Below are positions 1 to 8,949 of a stretch of 64,000 bases of DNA, one piece after another; the stretch's first letter is position 1, and each line of letters opens with the position of its first letter. Source of the stretch: Candidatus Bathyarchaeota archaeon (lineage in GTDB: Archaea > Thermoproteota > Bathyarchaeia > Bathyarchaeales > Bathycorpusculaceae); the NCBI GenBank assembly GCA_963775465.1, contig CAVZIW010000013.1, forward strand, positions 96,001-160,000, given 5' to 3'. The notes beneath the pieces are model-generated. The model worked only from the letters and a program-made list of their open reading frames with translations, did no database searches and was not told the origin of the DNA. The translations under genes and the position numbers were made by a program.

Positions 1-198
1 ATCTTCGACAGAGTGATGCACCAAATCACCCTTCACTGATGCAGTTATATCGATTAGACTGTGAGTTGCAAAAGAAACGATCATATGGTCAAGAAACGGA
101 ATTGCAGTACAAACCGAAACTTTTCCCTCACCATCCAAGTTCACGGCTACTTTAACTTCAGTTTCTTTGGTTTTACGGTAAACCTCTTCTTTTCTCAT
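1..198 (-). CDS. hisB: Imidazoleglycerol-phosphate dehydratase (5' part, runs off window)
   Basis: Manual translation MRKEEVYRKTKETEVKVAVNLDG...PFLDHM...DLVHHSVED; directly downstream of hisC; not in ORF track. Confidence 0.93.
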   Translation of the reverse strand, partial: MRKEEVYRKTKETEVKVAVNLDGEGKVSVCTAIPFLDHMIVSFATHSLIDITASVKGDLVHHSVED

Positions 199-199
199 C

Positions 200-1318
200 T
201 TATTCACCTTGAATTTCTTTTAATGCCTCAAGTAATTTAGCGTTCATTTCTGGCAAACCAACAGTTACACGGAAACAGTTATCATATTGGAGGATTTTAC
301 CCCATTTCTTAATCATTATACCACGTTTGAGCAGTTTGTCGTTAACTTCGTCAGCGGGTTTTTGTGTGTTCATCAGCAGAAAATCCGCTTGCGAATCGAA
401 AGCTTGCACGCCCTCTATTTGGTTTAGTGCCTTAATGAGTTTTCCGCGTTCATTTACCAATTCCTTGGCGGCTTTTTCCATCAAACCAACGTTGTCTAGC
501 ATTTTGCTGCCCATACGCAAGGTAAAACCACTAACTGGATAAGGAAGAGGCGACTTCTCAGAAATAACTTTAGCTAATTCAGGGTTTGTCACGGCATAAC
601 CCAGTCGCAACGCTGCCAATCCAAAAGCTTTCGAGAAGGTTCGCAGAATTATCATGTTTGGGAACTCACGTATCCGAGGGACAAACGAGTAATCAGCAAA
701 TTCACAATAAGCCTCATCGAGAATGACAATTCCGGGGAAGACCTTGACTAAGGATTCAACATCTTTCATATTGAATTGAGTTGCAGTTGGATTATTAGGT
801 GAGCAAATATACAATAAACGAGTTTTGTTGCTGAACACAGAAAGCAAGCCTTTAACATCAAGTTGAAAGTCACTTTTCAGAGGAACCGTTATGTATTCGC
901 TTTTTTGGCGCTTAATACAGAGTTTTGGGATACTGAAGGTTGGTGTGAACGAAACCTCGACGTCACCCGGTTCCATAAATAGCCGTGTTATTCGGTCAAT
1001 TAATTCATCGCTTCCATTCCCTACAACAAGACAATCTTCGGAAGCTCCAATATAGCTCGATAGTTTAGGAAGAAACTTGGAAACTTCATCCTCAGGATAT
1101 AGACGCAAGTCAAATTCTTCAGCCAACTCTTTGATCAACTTTGTCTGCGCTGAGCGGTCAACAAACATACTCTCGTTAAAGTTCAGCTTAACAATTTTAA
1201 ATGGATTAACGCCTATTTGCTTAGCGATAGCTTCAGGTGTCGCACCTGCCGAATAGCAGTCAATGTTTTGGAGCTCTGCAAGTTTATCTCTTAACCACTT
1301 TCTGTATGAAGCACTCAT
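200..1318 (-). CDS. hisC: Histidinol-phosphate aminotransferase
   Basis: GNGSDELI, CSPNNPT, DEAY, RTFSKAFGLAALRLGY motifs; his operon context. Confidence 0.95.
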   Translation of the reverse strand: MSASYRKWLRDKLAELQNIDCYSAGATPEAIAKQIGVNPFKIVKLNFNESMFVDRSAQTKLIKELAEEFDLRLYPEDEVSKFLPKLSSYIGASEDCLVVGNGSDELIDRITRLFMEPGDVEVSFTPTFSIPKLCIKRQKSEYITVPLKSDFQLDVKGLLSVFSNKTRLLYICSPNNPTATQFNMKDVESLVKVFPGIVILDEAYCEFADYSFVPRIREFPNMIILRTFSKAFGLAALRLGYAVTNPELAKVISEKSPLPYPVSGFTLRMGSKMLDNVGLMEKAAKELVNERGKLIKALNQIEGVQAFDSQADFLLMNTQKPADEVNDKLLKRGIMIKKWGKILQYDNCFRVTVGLPEMNAKLLEALKEIQGE

Positions 1319-2616
1319 TTTTCGAACCTGGCCGTTATCGCTTTATAGTGGTTCGGAAGATTCTCTGCTTCCGTGAGGGTCTTTATACTGTCTTTTACTC
1401 TTTCCAAACCCGTTCTTGTGCTTTCAACAATGCTAACTCTCCGCATAAAATCCAGCACTGTTAAACCTGAGTAAGATTGCGCAAAGCCGCCCGTAGGCAG
1501 AACATGATTAGTTCCGCTACCATAATCGCTCAATGCAACTGGGCTGTATGGACCTAGTAATATAAGTCCAGCAGTGAGTTGGTCAGCAATCTCCTTGGGT
1601 TTAACTGTCAAGACCTCTAAGTGTTCAGGAGCAAACTGATTAGCTAAGGTGACCATTTCTTTGATATTTTCGCAAACGATAATGAACCCGTATTTAGCTA
1701 AAGATGCAGAGATTTTTTCCCTTCTTTGGGCTAAAGCAACAATCGTTTTAAGGCTTTCCTGAACCTGCAAAGCAACCATCTCTGAAGTTGTTATAAGCCC
1801 AGCAACACTGTCGTCACCATGCTCAGCCTGCGAAACCATATCATATGCAATAAATCGAGCATCAGCCGACTCATCAGCCAAAATCAGAACTTCACTAGGA
1901 CCAGCAGGCATATCAATAGCAACGTCGTTGGAAACAAAAACTTTCGCGGCTGTTACGTATCTACTGCCAGGTCCAACAATTTTATAGACAGGCTCTATGG
2001 CTTTTGTCCCGTAAGCTAAAGCTGCGATGGCTTGGGCTCCGCCAACTTTGTAAACTTCATCAACTCCACAGATATCGGAAGCAACAAGAACCAGTGGGTT
2101 TACTCTACCACGGGCATCTGAGGGTGAACACACAACTATTCGTGGAACACCAGCAATTTTGGCAGGAACCGCAGTCATGACAAGGGTGCTTGGGTATGTA
2201 GCTTGTCCTCCCGGAACATAACATCCGACACTTTTTATCGGACGTAGAATCGTTTGAACAGATATTCCGTCACTTTCAGTCTTTATGTCGGTTTTATTGA
2301 CCAATTGTTTTTGGAAGTCACCGACTTTTTCCTTCATGAATTTTATGGCATTTAATTGCTGGGGGCTGGTTTTTGAGTAAGCTTCTTTGATTTCTTCTGG
2401 CTTAACTTTGAGTGTACGGGTTGTTAACTCTGCTTTGTCGAATTTCAACGCAAACTCTACAAGCGCTTTATCGCCATTCTGTTTCACTTGGTCCATTATG
2501 GATTTGACACTGTTCTCGAGTTCCACGGTTGCTTGTTTGTCTGCCTTCTCGCGTTTGAACCAGTCGACAGATAGCTCTTTTGAGTCCCAGACCTTTATTC
2601 CGAGTCCGTTACGCAT
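1315..2616 (-). CDS. hisD: Histidinol dehydrogenase
   Basis: YVPGG, GGAQAIAALAYG, DMPAGPSE, QAEH, APEHLE, GTNHVLPT motifs. Confidence 0.97.
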   Translation of the reverse strand: MRNGLGIKVWDSKELSVDWFKREKADKQATVELENSVKSIMDQVKQNGDKALVEFALKFDKAELTTRTLKVKPEEIKEAYSKTSPQQLNAIKFMKEKVGDFQKQLVNKTDIKTESDGISVQTILRPIKSVGCYVPGGQATYPSTLVMTAVPAKIAGVPRIVVCSPSDARGRVNPLVLVASDICGVDEVYKVGGAQAIAALAYGTKAIEPVYKIVGPGSRYVTAAKVFVSNDVAIDMPAGPSEVLILADESADARFIAYDMVSQAEHGDDSVAGLITTSEMVALQVQESLKTIVALAQRREKISASLAKYGFIIVCENIKEMVTLANQFAPEHLEVLTVKPKEIADQLTAGLILLGPYSPVALSDYGSGTNHVLPTGGFAQSYSGLTVLDFMRRVSIVESTRTGLERVKDSIKTLTEAENLPNHYKAITARFEK

Positions 2617-3596
2617 CTGCCTTCATTTCTCCGTGCTATCTCGTCAAGCGCGAGGACTTGCCGCGGCTCATAAACAACTAAACCTTGTGCTAGCTTTCGG
2701 ATTTTCGGGAGCAAACCAATTAGGCAATCTTTTTCGATAACGGAGTTCACTCCAACCCAACCTTCGTCTGCAAGGGGGGATATAGTAGGATTCTTTAAGG
2801 CAGGCAACTCAGTGAGTAAATTTTGCAGGTTCTCTTTTTTAACATTGACAAATATGTGAATTCTCTTTGAACCATCCACAACACCTTTTAGCAGAGCAAC
2901 AATGTCAAAGATTTTTTCTCGTTTCTCAGGGTCTTCTAAAGTCTTTTTGTTAGCAATAAGCACAGCTGATGATCTTAAGACGGTTTCAATTATTTTCAGG
3001 TTATTGGCTTCGATTGTTGTTCCTGTTTCGGTAACATCCATTATGCAATCAGAGTCTTCTGGAGGCTTAGCTTCGGTCGCACCAAAAGACAGGAAAATCT
3101 TTGCTTGCGAATTTTCGCCTTTTCTCCACCATGGGGTCACAATCATAGGGTCAGCGTTGCCAAACCGCTTCGTATATTGTGGAGTGTTTTTGAGATATTC
3201 AGATGCAATATTGAGGTATTCGGTGCTGATGCGGAAGTTTTTGCCTTGGCTCCAGATTGATTCCATAAACTCGCCCACTGTGCTACTTTCAGGCACACTT
3301 TTGGGCACGGCTATGACGAGTTTGATTTTTCCGTATTCGAGGTTCTGCAAGATTTCTACATCAGCTTTGTTTTCCTTAACCCAATCTTCCCCAGTGATGC
3401 CTAAGTCTTGTAAACCTTCGTTAACAAAGACAGGAATTTCTTGAGGTCGAAGAACTTTCATTTCGATTTGTGGGTCATTTATTGAGGGGCGATATGTGCG
3501 GTCTGTTCCACCTATTTTGAATCCTGACTTGGAGAAAAATTCTGCAGTTGCTTTTTCTAGGGACCCTTTGGGAATTGCAAATTTTATTTTATCCAT
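2595..3596 (-). CDS. hisG: ATP phosphoribosyltransferase, long form
   Basis: AIPKGSL, RPQEIP, DLGITGED, GATE, DVTETGTT; C-terminal regulatory domain (PTISPL). Confidence 0.96.
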   Translation of the reverse strand: MDKIKFAIPKGSLEKATAEFFSKSGFKIGGTDRTYRPSINDPQIEMKVLRPQEIPVFVNEGLQDLGITGEDWVKENKADVEILQNLEYGKIKLVIAVPKSVPESSTVGEFMESIWSQGKNFRISTEYLNIASEYLKNTPQYTKRFGNADPMIVTPWWRKGENSQAKIFLSFGATEAKPPEDSDCIMDVTETGTTIEANNLKIIETVLRSSAVLIANKKTLEDPEKREKIFDIVALLKGVVDGSKRIHIFVNVKKENLQNLLTELPALKNPTISPLADEGWVGVNSVIEKDCLIGLLPKIRKLAQGLVVYEPRQVLALDEIARRNEGRCVTDSE

Positions 3597-3818
3597 AAAT
3601 TTTCACCTGAATTTCCAGAGATTTACCTAAAGGTTTTTGTTTTGAAAGAACGTTTGGTTGCGAGGTTGCGCCTAATTCTAAATAAAATATTAAGCTTCTA
3701 ATGAAGGCAATCGCCTTGTATGAACGCAATCCCTCATCATACGTCACTGGATGACACCTTTGCCTGTCTTCCATATAAACATATTCACTAATATTTAACT
3801 GTCGAACGTTAAGAGAAA

Positions 3819-4406
3819 CTACATTGTTACCGATTTGTGCTTCTTTATTTCAAAAACCAGTGGAGGAATTGAATTTTTAGTTTCCAATTCGATAGAAAGA
3901 AGACTTTCTAAAAGACCTCGCCAGATTTCGCATTCGTGAATGAAAGGTGTCTTTAAAAGCAGAAACCTGTCTTTTAAGTAAAAGTCTCCGAACCCCTGAA
4001 CTTTTAGGCGTTCAAAAATGGATGCCCAATTTTCTTGTTTGCCTGCATCCACACCTATCGTTGACTGAATAGAAACCTTCAAAGCATCACCCATCTTTTC
4101 GCCGACTTGGTGCCATTTCTCTTCAGGAATTTGTTGGGTTAGAATGTTGATTAATTCAACGTTAACGAATGCTATTCGGCTTATGCCGCAGTAGTATTCG
4201 CCGGGAAAATGCCAATCCTGAATCGTCATGCTCTTGTAAATGTTAAGCATTTTGGAGATAAGCGGTTTTATACCTGGTTCTTTGCCTTCTTTTATTAAGA
4301 GTTCAATGAAGTCTCGTTCCGACTTTTCAAGGATAATTGTGGTTCTTTTTGATTCATCACCCTTTTTATCTGGCAGTTTGGGCCTGCTTCGTCGGCTATC
4401 TAACAT
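3819..4406 (-). CDS. Putative regulator: ribbon-helix-helix-like N-terminus plus V4R-like domain
   Basis: KRTTIILEKSERDFIELL (strand-helix pattern); RIAFV..ELI..GEKMG..GFGDF..RGLLESLL resembles V4R; by-eye assignment. Confidence 0.55.
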   Translation of the reverse strand: MLDSRRSRPKLPDKKGDESKRTTIILEKSERDFIELLIKEGKEPGIKPLISKMLNIYKSMTIQDWHFPGEYYCGISRIAFVNVELINILTQQIPEEKWHQVGEKMGDALKVSIQSTIGVDAGKQENWASIFERLKVQGFGDFYLKDRFLLLKTPFIHECEIWRGLLESLLSIELETKNSIPPLVFEIKKHKSVTM

Positions 4407-4516
4407 AGAAAATATTCTTTTAGCAATATCTAATATGCCTTATGTATTCAAAAAACATACCCACAATAAACCTAAGACCCGAAGAATACTTAATAAAACA
4501 GACGACCCCCTAGGGA

Positions 4517-4576
4517 TTTGCCGATGAAGAAACTAAAAAGCTGACTGATGATGCACTCTAGGGTATCTGAGGCAAA
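4517..4576 (+). ncRNA. C/D-box guide sRNA
   Basis: Terminal stem TTTGCC/GGCAAA; C box ATGAAGA (4524-4530), D' CTGA (4541-4544), C' TGATGA (4546-4551), D CTGA (4567-4570); intergenic. Confidence 0.75.
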
Positions 4577-4580
4577 AATT

Positions 4581-4811
4581 TTACGTAATAGCTTTCTTTC
4601 TTATCAAGAAAATAAGCAACACTAAACCAACAATGAAAAGCACTAAACCTATTCCGATTGAAGCATAATAATTCAGTTTAAGGACATCTGACAACAAATA
4701 CGACACATAAGTTGGTCCAACAAAAATAAGAAACACAGAGACTATTGTTAAAGCAATTCTGGTAAATTTTGATTCAATACCGCCAACTTCAACTTCATTG
4801 TTTTCCATCAT
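4581..4811 (-). CDS. Small two-TM membrane protein
   Basis: Two hydrophobic segments with basic C-terminus; directly downstream of PAC2 gene. Confidence 0.75.
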   Translation of the reverse strand: MMENNEVEVGGIESKFTRIALTIVSVFLIFVGPTYVSYLLSDVLKLNYYASIGIGLVLFIVGLVLLIFLIRKKAIT

Positions 4812-4823
4812 CTGACACCCAAC

Positions 4824-5513
4824 TTACTGCTCTTCAGGTTGATTGTTGTCTACTAAACCTTCTTTTATCTCTTTTCCTAAAGCCTTCATCAAAAACTTGA
4901 AAACCGAGAATCCGGCGCCCTTATCAGCCTTAAAACCCATGGTCGTCCCCAACAAACTGACACCTTCAATCTTTCGCTCTTTTGCCAGCGCTAAAGTTAA
5001 ACCTGTTCCACCAACAATTCTGCCCTTGCTGTATATAACTGCCCCTTTCTCCATATACTCAGCTGCCAATCGATTTGAGGTTGCAGCTATAAAAACTTGG
5101 GTTTTATCCTCCGTTATTGGCACACCACCCATAGTAACAATGAATCGACAACCTATAGATTCAATAAAATCAATTATATTATCACAAACATCATAATGTG
5201 CAACCACGTCATCAAAAGATGGTTGCACCTCACCTGTCATGATAATCAAATTGTTCTTTTCCATTGGCGCATAGAAAAATTCATAATGGGGCAAAGAAGC
5301 AATTCCCTTTGAGTTAATTGAAATATAATCTGGAAAGGATGGCGAATACAACTCCGCAAATAGCTTAGCATCGCAGAACTTTATTAACAAATGTGCTGCA
5401 ATTCGACCCACATTTCCAAAGCCCGGAAGCCCCTGAACAAATATGGGGTTATCAAGCTGGGGATTTGAAATTTTACGCAAATATGGCTTATCCAATCTAA
5501 ACCATCCAGCCAT
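4824..5513 (-). CDS. PAC2 (proteasome assembly chaperone) family protein
   Basis: GLPGFGNVGRIAA, LYSPSFP, TMGG, GRIVGGTG motifs; start moved to ATG at 5513. Confidence 0.88.
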   Translation of the reverse strand: MAGWFRLDKPYLRKISNPQLDNPIFVQGLPGFGNVGRIAAHLLIKFCDAKLFAELYSPSFPDYISINSKGIASLPHYEFFYAPMEKNNLIIMTGEVQPSFDDVVAHYDVCDNIIDFIESIGCRFIVTMGGVPITEDKTQVFIAATSNRLAAEYMEKGAVIYSKGRIVGGTGLTLALAKERKIEGVSLLGTTMGFKADKGAGFSVFKFLMKALGKEIKEGLVDNNQPEEQ

Positions 5514-5621
5514 AGAAAGTATGTTCGACACTAAAATGCTTTTGCCGCATAACGAAAAAGAAACTATTAATATCTGACTAAATGTGTAATAGGTTGCACC
5601 TAAAAACCCGTTGGAAAACAT

Positions 5622-5700
5622 AGCGGGGTGGGGTAGCCAGGATTAACCCGCTGGGCTCATAACCCAGAGATCAGTAGTTCAAATCTACTCCCCGCTACCA
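5622..5700 (+). tRNA. Initiator tRNA-Met (CAT), CCA encoded
   Basis: AGCGGGG/CCCCGCT acceptor stem (A1-U72), CTGGG-CTCATAA-CCCAG anticodon arm with three G-C pairs, GTTCAAATC T-loop. Confidence 0.97.
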
Positions 5701-5875
5701 AAAACAATTTTCAAAAAGCAACATTCAACCAAAAAACTACCATTTTGATCAAACATTACTTTTCCCAATAATTTCAGACTAATTATTTTTGCTTTTAAAG
5801 AGCAAGCGCCAAATAAGTTTAGTATTACGGTAAAAGTAAATAAACAAGTTGACCTAACATTAACGAAACTTTGGT

Positions 5876-7690
5876 TTGGTGAATTCGATGAGACGGACAC
5901 TTGCAGGTCTCTTGATCGGGGTTTTCTTGTTACTAGCCATATTGCCAATTACTATGCCTTCTAACCCTATTTTGGCTCAAACCACCGGCTACACTATTAC
6001 TAGTGTTGATTACCAAGTTCAAGTCATGTATTCGGGGCACATCGCAATCCTTGACACAATACATGTGTCGGGTCAAGTACCTGATAAATTCACGGTTGGG
6101 TTGCCCTACAAATACAGCGCTTATGTTTTAGAAGGGTTCGCTTATGATAACACAAAGAATTATCAGATCAATCTAGGCGTTCAACTTAGTCAAAGTGGAT
6201 TTTACGGGGCAGAAGTAGACTTCAACGGAAATTCACCAAGTATATTTACAGTAGCATTTGTCTTATCAAATGGCTTAATTACTGATCACGGTCAAGGAAA
6301 TCTATCTCTTGATTTTCCAGCTTACCCCAGTTTACCCCAAGATGCGGGCACATGCAAGGTCAGCCTCTCTTTTCCAAGTAGTCCCTTGAGCCTCACCATC
6401 ACCAAAGATGATGGAGCAACAAATGACGCGATTTACGAAAAAAATAATCTTCCAGCATTCACTTACGCAGTAGCCTCAGCAGCCTTCGAAGTTCCCACAG
6501 GCACGCTGCAATTAACCACGATCAGTAATCTAAATCGGCAAATAACCATCGATCCAAATGGAAAGGTTACCTCCTCCGACAGCTATAGAATTATAGGCAA
6601 CTCATCAACTTCAGCGAGTTCTTACGTAATAAGCATACCAGTTGAGGCCTCAAACTTAGTTGTGAAAGACCAATTTGGCGGAACCTTACCGAGTAGTCTG
6701 GCAAACTCAGCGACTGGCAATATGCAACTTGCTAACGTCACTTTGATAACCTTCTTAGGAAAAGGACAAACAACAACACTGGTTGCTAAATATGACTTAC
6801 CCAGCGCCAAAATTCAAGGTTCAAACTATGTATTAGCAGACTTTAACCTCTTCCCAGACACCTCCTACTACGTTGATCAAGCAACCATCACGTTTAACCT
6901 ACCGGAAGGAGCGACTATCATATCTCCACAGGCAAACCAAATAACATCCACTTCATCATTAACAAGAGGAACCTACCAAGACACACTCACTATAACAGAA
7001 GAGGGCATAAGCCACATAGATTACCTCGCACCCCAACAAAACTCCATTCAAATATCATACAACTACAACCCGGTTTGGGTCTCTTTTAGACCAACCTTTT
7101 GGGCAGCCTTCGCAGCAGGAGTCGGCTGCGTGGCGGTATTATTCTACAAAAGACGTCAACCCAAAGAAGAAACGTATGCAACCAGAGCAGAACAAATATC
7201 AACTCAAAAAACTGCGCCAATCACTGCACAACAAACAAAAAGTTCAGAAATGAAACATAGTCAGAATGTAACAACAGATGATGTCAAAACCTTCCTTGAC
7301 GCCTTCGAAGACAGAAAACAGTTAAACGATGAATTAAAATCAATGGACACCAAAGCACAAAAAGGAAAAATTCCAAGACGCCAATACAAAGTTCAAAGAA
7401 AAGCCATAGAAAATCGCATTGAAAGTTTGACTAGAACTATAGATCGAACAAAACAAGCATTTATCGCTTCAAGCAGTACATACTCCGATTTAGCAAGACA
7501 ATTAGACTTAGCCGAAGAAGATCTTGTCGAAGCTGAAAATAACATAAGAAGCCTTGAACTGCGCCAAAGCAAAGGTGAGATTTCCATAGAAACCTTCAAG
7601 AAAAACAGCGGCAAGTACCAAAAACAAAAAGACAAAGCAGAATCAGCCATTAACGGAATTCTACTAAGATTACGTGAAAAAATACGCTAA
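5876..7690 (+). CDS. Single-pass membrane protein, ribophorin-I-like architecture
   Basis: Signal peptide, beta-rich S/T-rich extracellular region, one TM followed by KRR, charged helical C-terminal domain. Confidence 0.7.
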   Translation: MVNSMRRTLAGLLIGVFLLLAILPITMPSNPILAQTTGYTITSVDYQVQVMYSGHIAILDTIHVSGQVPDKFTVGLPYKYSAYVLEGFAYDNTKNYQINLGVQLSQSGFYGAEVDFNGNSPSIFTVAFVLSNGLITDHGQGNLSLDFPAYPSLPQDAGTCKVSLSFPSSPLSLTITKDDGATNDAIYEKNNLPAFTYAVASAAFEVPTGTLQLTTISNLNRQITIDPNGKVTSSDSYRIIGNSSTSASSYVISIPVEASNLVVKDQFGGTLPSSLANSATGNMQLANVTLITFLGKGQTTTLVAKYDLPSAKIQGSNYVLADFNLFPDTSYYVDQATITFNLPEGATIISPQANQITSTSSLTRGTYQDTLTITEEGISHIDYLAPQQNSIQISYNYNPVWVSFRPTFWAAFAAGVGCVAVLFYKRRQPKEETYATRAEQISTQKTAPITAQQTKSSEMKHSQNVTTDDVKTFLDAFEDRKQLNDELKSMDTKAQKGKIPRRQYKVQRKAIENRIESLTRTIDRTKQAFIASSSTYSDLARQLDLAEEDLVEAENNIRSLELRQSKGEISIETFKKNSGKYQKQKDKAESAINGILLRLREKIR

Positions 7691-7755
7691 AACACCTAAA
7701 ACCTTTTATTTTACTCAAGAACTTTTGAAGAAAATTATTCAGAGGTAAGACAAAA

Positions 7756-7935
7756 ATGGTTAAAATTGTTGTCGACCCTAAATGCACTGGCTGCGAAACT
7801 TGTGTAAACACTTGCCCTGTCGGCGTCTACGAAATCAAAGATGGTAAATCAGTTCCAAGCAAAGAAAGCGAATGCTTAGTCTGCAGAGCATGTGAAGCAC
7901 AATGTCCCGAAGGTGCAATTCAGGTAATCGAGTAA
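7756..7935 (+). CDS. 2x[4Fe-4S] ferredoxin (59 aa)
   Basis: MVKIVVDPKCTGCETCVNTCP...CLVCRACEAQCPEGAIQVIE; SD GAGGT upstream; not in ORF track. Confidence 0.95.
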   Translation: MVKIVVDPKCTGCETCVNTCPVGVYEIKDGKSVPSKESECLVCRACEAQCPEGAIQVIE

Positions 7936-8083
7936 ACCAATAATCTCTCGGTTAATTGCTGAGATAGATTTCCCTTTTATTAGTCAACGTCAACATTTAT
8001 AAAATCTATAGTTAACGCAAAACAGATTGTTTTGATAAAAAATGTTTCCGCACATTCCAACTTGTCGATACTGGCAAATTAAA

Positions 8084-8263
8084 CTATTCTTCGATGTTCT
8101 GCAAGAATTCTACTATTTTAGCCAGCTGCTTTGCTGTTGCACTGTCTATGTTTTGTTCCGCTTCGAGATTTGCCAGAGGCTTTTCGGATCGCATAATCAC
8201 CAATACGGGTGCTTGTGCTATAACAATATCCCTCACGAGCACTTCGAAGTTCGAAGTAGGCAG
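8084..8263 (-). CDS. Small hypothetical protein (59 aa), probable CTG start
   Basis: Strong SD GAGGTGA a few nt before CTG; ORF (M)PTSNFEVLVRDIVIAQAPVLVIMRSEKPLANLEAEQNIDSATAKQLAKIVEFLQNIEE. Confidence 0.5.
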   Translation of the reverse strand: MPTSNFEVLVRDIVIAQAPVLVIMRSEKPLANLEAEQNIDSATAKQLAKIVEFLQNIEE

Positions 8264-8423
8264 CTATTCACCTCTACTCGTTTACACATATTCCTATAAA
8301 AACCATGGAAAATACTCATCAAAAATGCAAAAAACTCAAAGAAAACCCACTAGAATCTTTTTTACTATCAATTTTGCGAATGTAGAAGAAAAAGATAAAA
8401 GCCAACACGACCAAGAATAGACT

Positions 8424-8699
8424 ATGCCAGACAAAGTAAATTGCTGCCACATACTAGTCAAAACAGAAACAGAAGCCAAAAACATCAAAGCACGTCTTGA
8501 TAAAGGCGAAAAATTCGGCGCTATCGCTCAACAAGTATCTTTATGCCCATCCGGCAAGAAAGGTGGAACCCTTGGATCCTTCACGAGAGGCAAGATGGTT
8601 AAGGAGTTTGAAAAAGCGGCTTTTGAACTTGAGAAAGGCCAAGTTTCTGCTCCTGTTAAGACTAAGTTTGGGTATCACATTATTAAACGAACTGAATAA
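8424..8699 (+). CDS. ppiC: Parvulin-type peptidyl-prolyl isomerase
   Basis: HILVK, SLCPSGKKGGTLG, MVKEFE, KTKFGYHIIK. Confidence 0.95.
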   Translation: MPDKVNCCHILVKTETEAKNIKARLDKGEKFGAIAQQVSLCPSGKKGGTLGSFTRGKMVKEFEKAAFELEKGQVSAPVKTKFGYHIIKRTE

Positions 8700-8868
8700 A
8701 CCAACTAGTCGTCGTTGGCGATTTCTTCTTACTTTTTTATTCCACAGTTATATAAAGACGGGGTTAGCATGATTGGGTTGCAGTGTTTGGAAATAGCAGG
8801 AAGTGCAATCCTATTTTTTAGTATGTGGGCTGAATGGGAATAGCATTTTCACAATTATATTAATCTTA

Positions 8869-8882
8869 AAAGATATATCTTT
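8869..8882. promoter_or_regulatory. Perfect 14-bp palindrome upstream of copA, candidate operator
   Basis: AAAGATATATCTTT in the AT-rich promoter region ~70 bp before the copA SD. Confidence 0.3.
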
Positions 8883-8949
8883 AAAAGAAATATTTATTAT
8901 TGAGACCCAACCCAAATAAACTAACCAGAGACGCAAGGAGGAATAACAC

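Noticed and set aside
3700-3765. Resemblance of GATGACACCT to a fluoride riboswitch 3' end
   Set aside because: 5' pseudoknot partner missing, wrong orientation for the his operon, no fluoride-related gene
8042-8420. Plus-strand ORFs of 85 and 108 aa
   Set aside because: No motifs or SD; the minus-strand 59-aa ORF has better signals
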